Below, one piece after another: positions 34,570 through 35,193 of a stretch of 35,193 bases of DNA (position 1 is its first letter; each line of letters opens with the position of its first letter). Below the pieces are notes generated by a model. The model ran no database searches. It was not told where the DNA came from and saw nothing but the letters and a program-made list of their open reading frames with translations. This stretch comes from Dehalococcoidia bacterium (GTDB lineage Bacteria; Chloroflexota; Dehalococcoidia; Lucifugimonadales; UBA3495). The DNA lies in assembly GCA_041485445.1 (NCBI GenBank), contig JBGPJN010000003.1:1-35193 (forward strand), read 5' to 3'. The translations under genes were made by a program, and so were the position numbers.

Positions 34570-34802
34570 AGCGTGAACGAGCGGTCAAAGAAGGCGTTGT
34601 GTACTGTATCCCCATCTGGAAGAAGTATAACACGCAGATACCTGCCGTCCATCTCCTCAATCGGCGCCCAGCGACGGATGCGGTCGTCTCCTTGGATGAC
34701 TTCCTTCACTGGATGCTGGACGACACGCTGAATCCACTCTAACCTAATCATCGCGCGGTCAGGACGCCGCTGCATGGCATGGAAATACTGGGTGAACTTC
34801 AC
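34566..34802 (-). CDS. DUF4258-like putative RelE/BrnT-type toxin
   Basis: MKFTQYF...EWIQRVVQHP...GRYLRVILLPDGDTVHNAFFDR; paired with the DUF2283-like gene; GTG start at 34802. Confidence 0.7.
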   Translation of the reverse strand: MKFTQYFHAMQRRPDRAMIRLEWIQRVVQHPVKEVIQGDDRIRRWAPIEEMDGRYLRVILLPDGDTVHNAFFDRSFTL

Positions 34803-34822
34803 GCCCCCGTTCCTTGTGCAAG

Positions 34823-35122
34823 TTAGGAAGAACGTCCTTTCAGCCACCTTTTGAAGGAAGCCTGGCTTTCGCCCGACGGCCGGCCCGCCAGCAACCCTTC
34901 AACGCTGATGTCCTCGTCCAGGTCTTCCCAGTGGATGCCCTGGCCCTTGCCGATTAGCCGCCACCGGTGGCGTTCCTCTTGGGAGCCATGCAGCAGCCTG
35001 GGGAACCAGGCCAGGGGGATTGAAATGGTCCGGCCATCGCTCAACTCAACGGTCAGCGTGTCTTCGTTCACCGTTACATTCTCAGCATTCGGGATCCGAA
35101 CCTCACTGGCGGAAGTAGACAT
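34823..35122 (-). CDS. DUF2442-like putative antitoxin
   Basis: LTVELSDGRTISIPLAWFPRLL, GIHWEDLDEDISVEGLL. Confidence 0.9.
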   Translation of the reverse strand: MSTSASEVRIPNAENVTVNEDTLTVELSDGRTISIPLAWFPRLLHGSQEERHRWRLIGKGQGIHWEDLDEDISVEGLLAGRPSGESQASFKRWLKGRSS

Positions 35123-35193
35123 TCCAGACCTCCACTAGCTGGGCGTGGTGTTCAAAGATGAGTCTTTGGATACGGGCCACCTCCGTCCGAGAA
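35103..35193 (-). CDS. DUF4160-like putative toxin, C-terminal fragment
   Basis: Manual translation SRTEVARIQRLIFEHHAQLVEVWNVYFRQ*; overlaps the DUF2442 start, the usual pairing. Confidence 0.75.
   Translation of the reverse strand, partial: SRTEVARIQRLIFEHHAQLVEVWNVYFRQ

Overview
High-GC bacterial window. The gene style suggests Chloroflexota/Dehalococcoidia (SAR202-like), but this is inference only. Contents from left to right: (1) a minus-strand pyrimidine operon pyrR-pyrB-pyrC-carA-carB(partial) under a PyrR attenuator; (2) an orphan vWA protein and a flavodoxin-fold NAD(P)H oxidoreductase; (3) a cobalamin-riboswitch-controlled Opp/Nik-type ABC locus (SBP plus two permeases, no ATPase); (4) trxA, tRNA-Sec (selC), two small ORFs, selA and an alpha/beta hydrolase; (5) a YceI lipoprotein, a collagen-stalked lipoprotein with two cupredoxin-like domains, EndoQ and rimI; (6) three tandem two-domain CMD/AhpD-like paralogs; (7) a five-gene signalling cluster headed by a histidine kinase fused in frame to a whole MFS transporter; (8) a DoxX-like protein and a UGSC-family selenoprotein that the ORF track splits at its UGA; (9) a toxin-antitoxin cluster. 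Intergenic DNA is dense with palindromic repeats, many of them nested inside short IS-end-like inverted-repeat shells; one has a 10-bp target-site duplication. The best candidates for novelty are the HK-MFS fusion with its SBP/Cache-HK/REC relay, the collagen-dicupredoxin lipoprotein, the nested MITE/REP architecture and the B12-regulated ATPase-less peptide/nickel transporter. No database searches were run; family calls come from motif recognition by eye.
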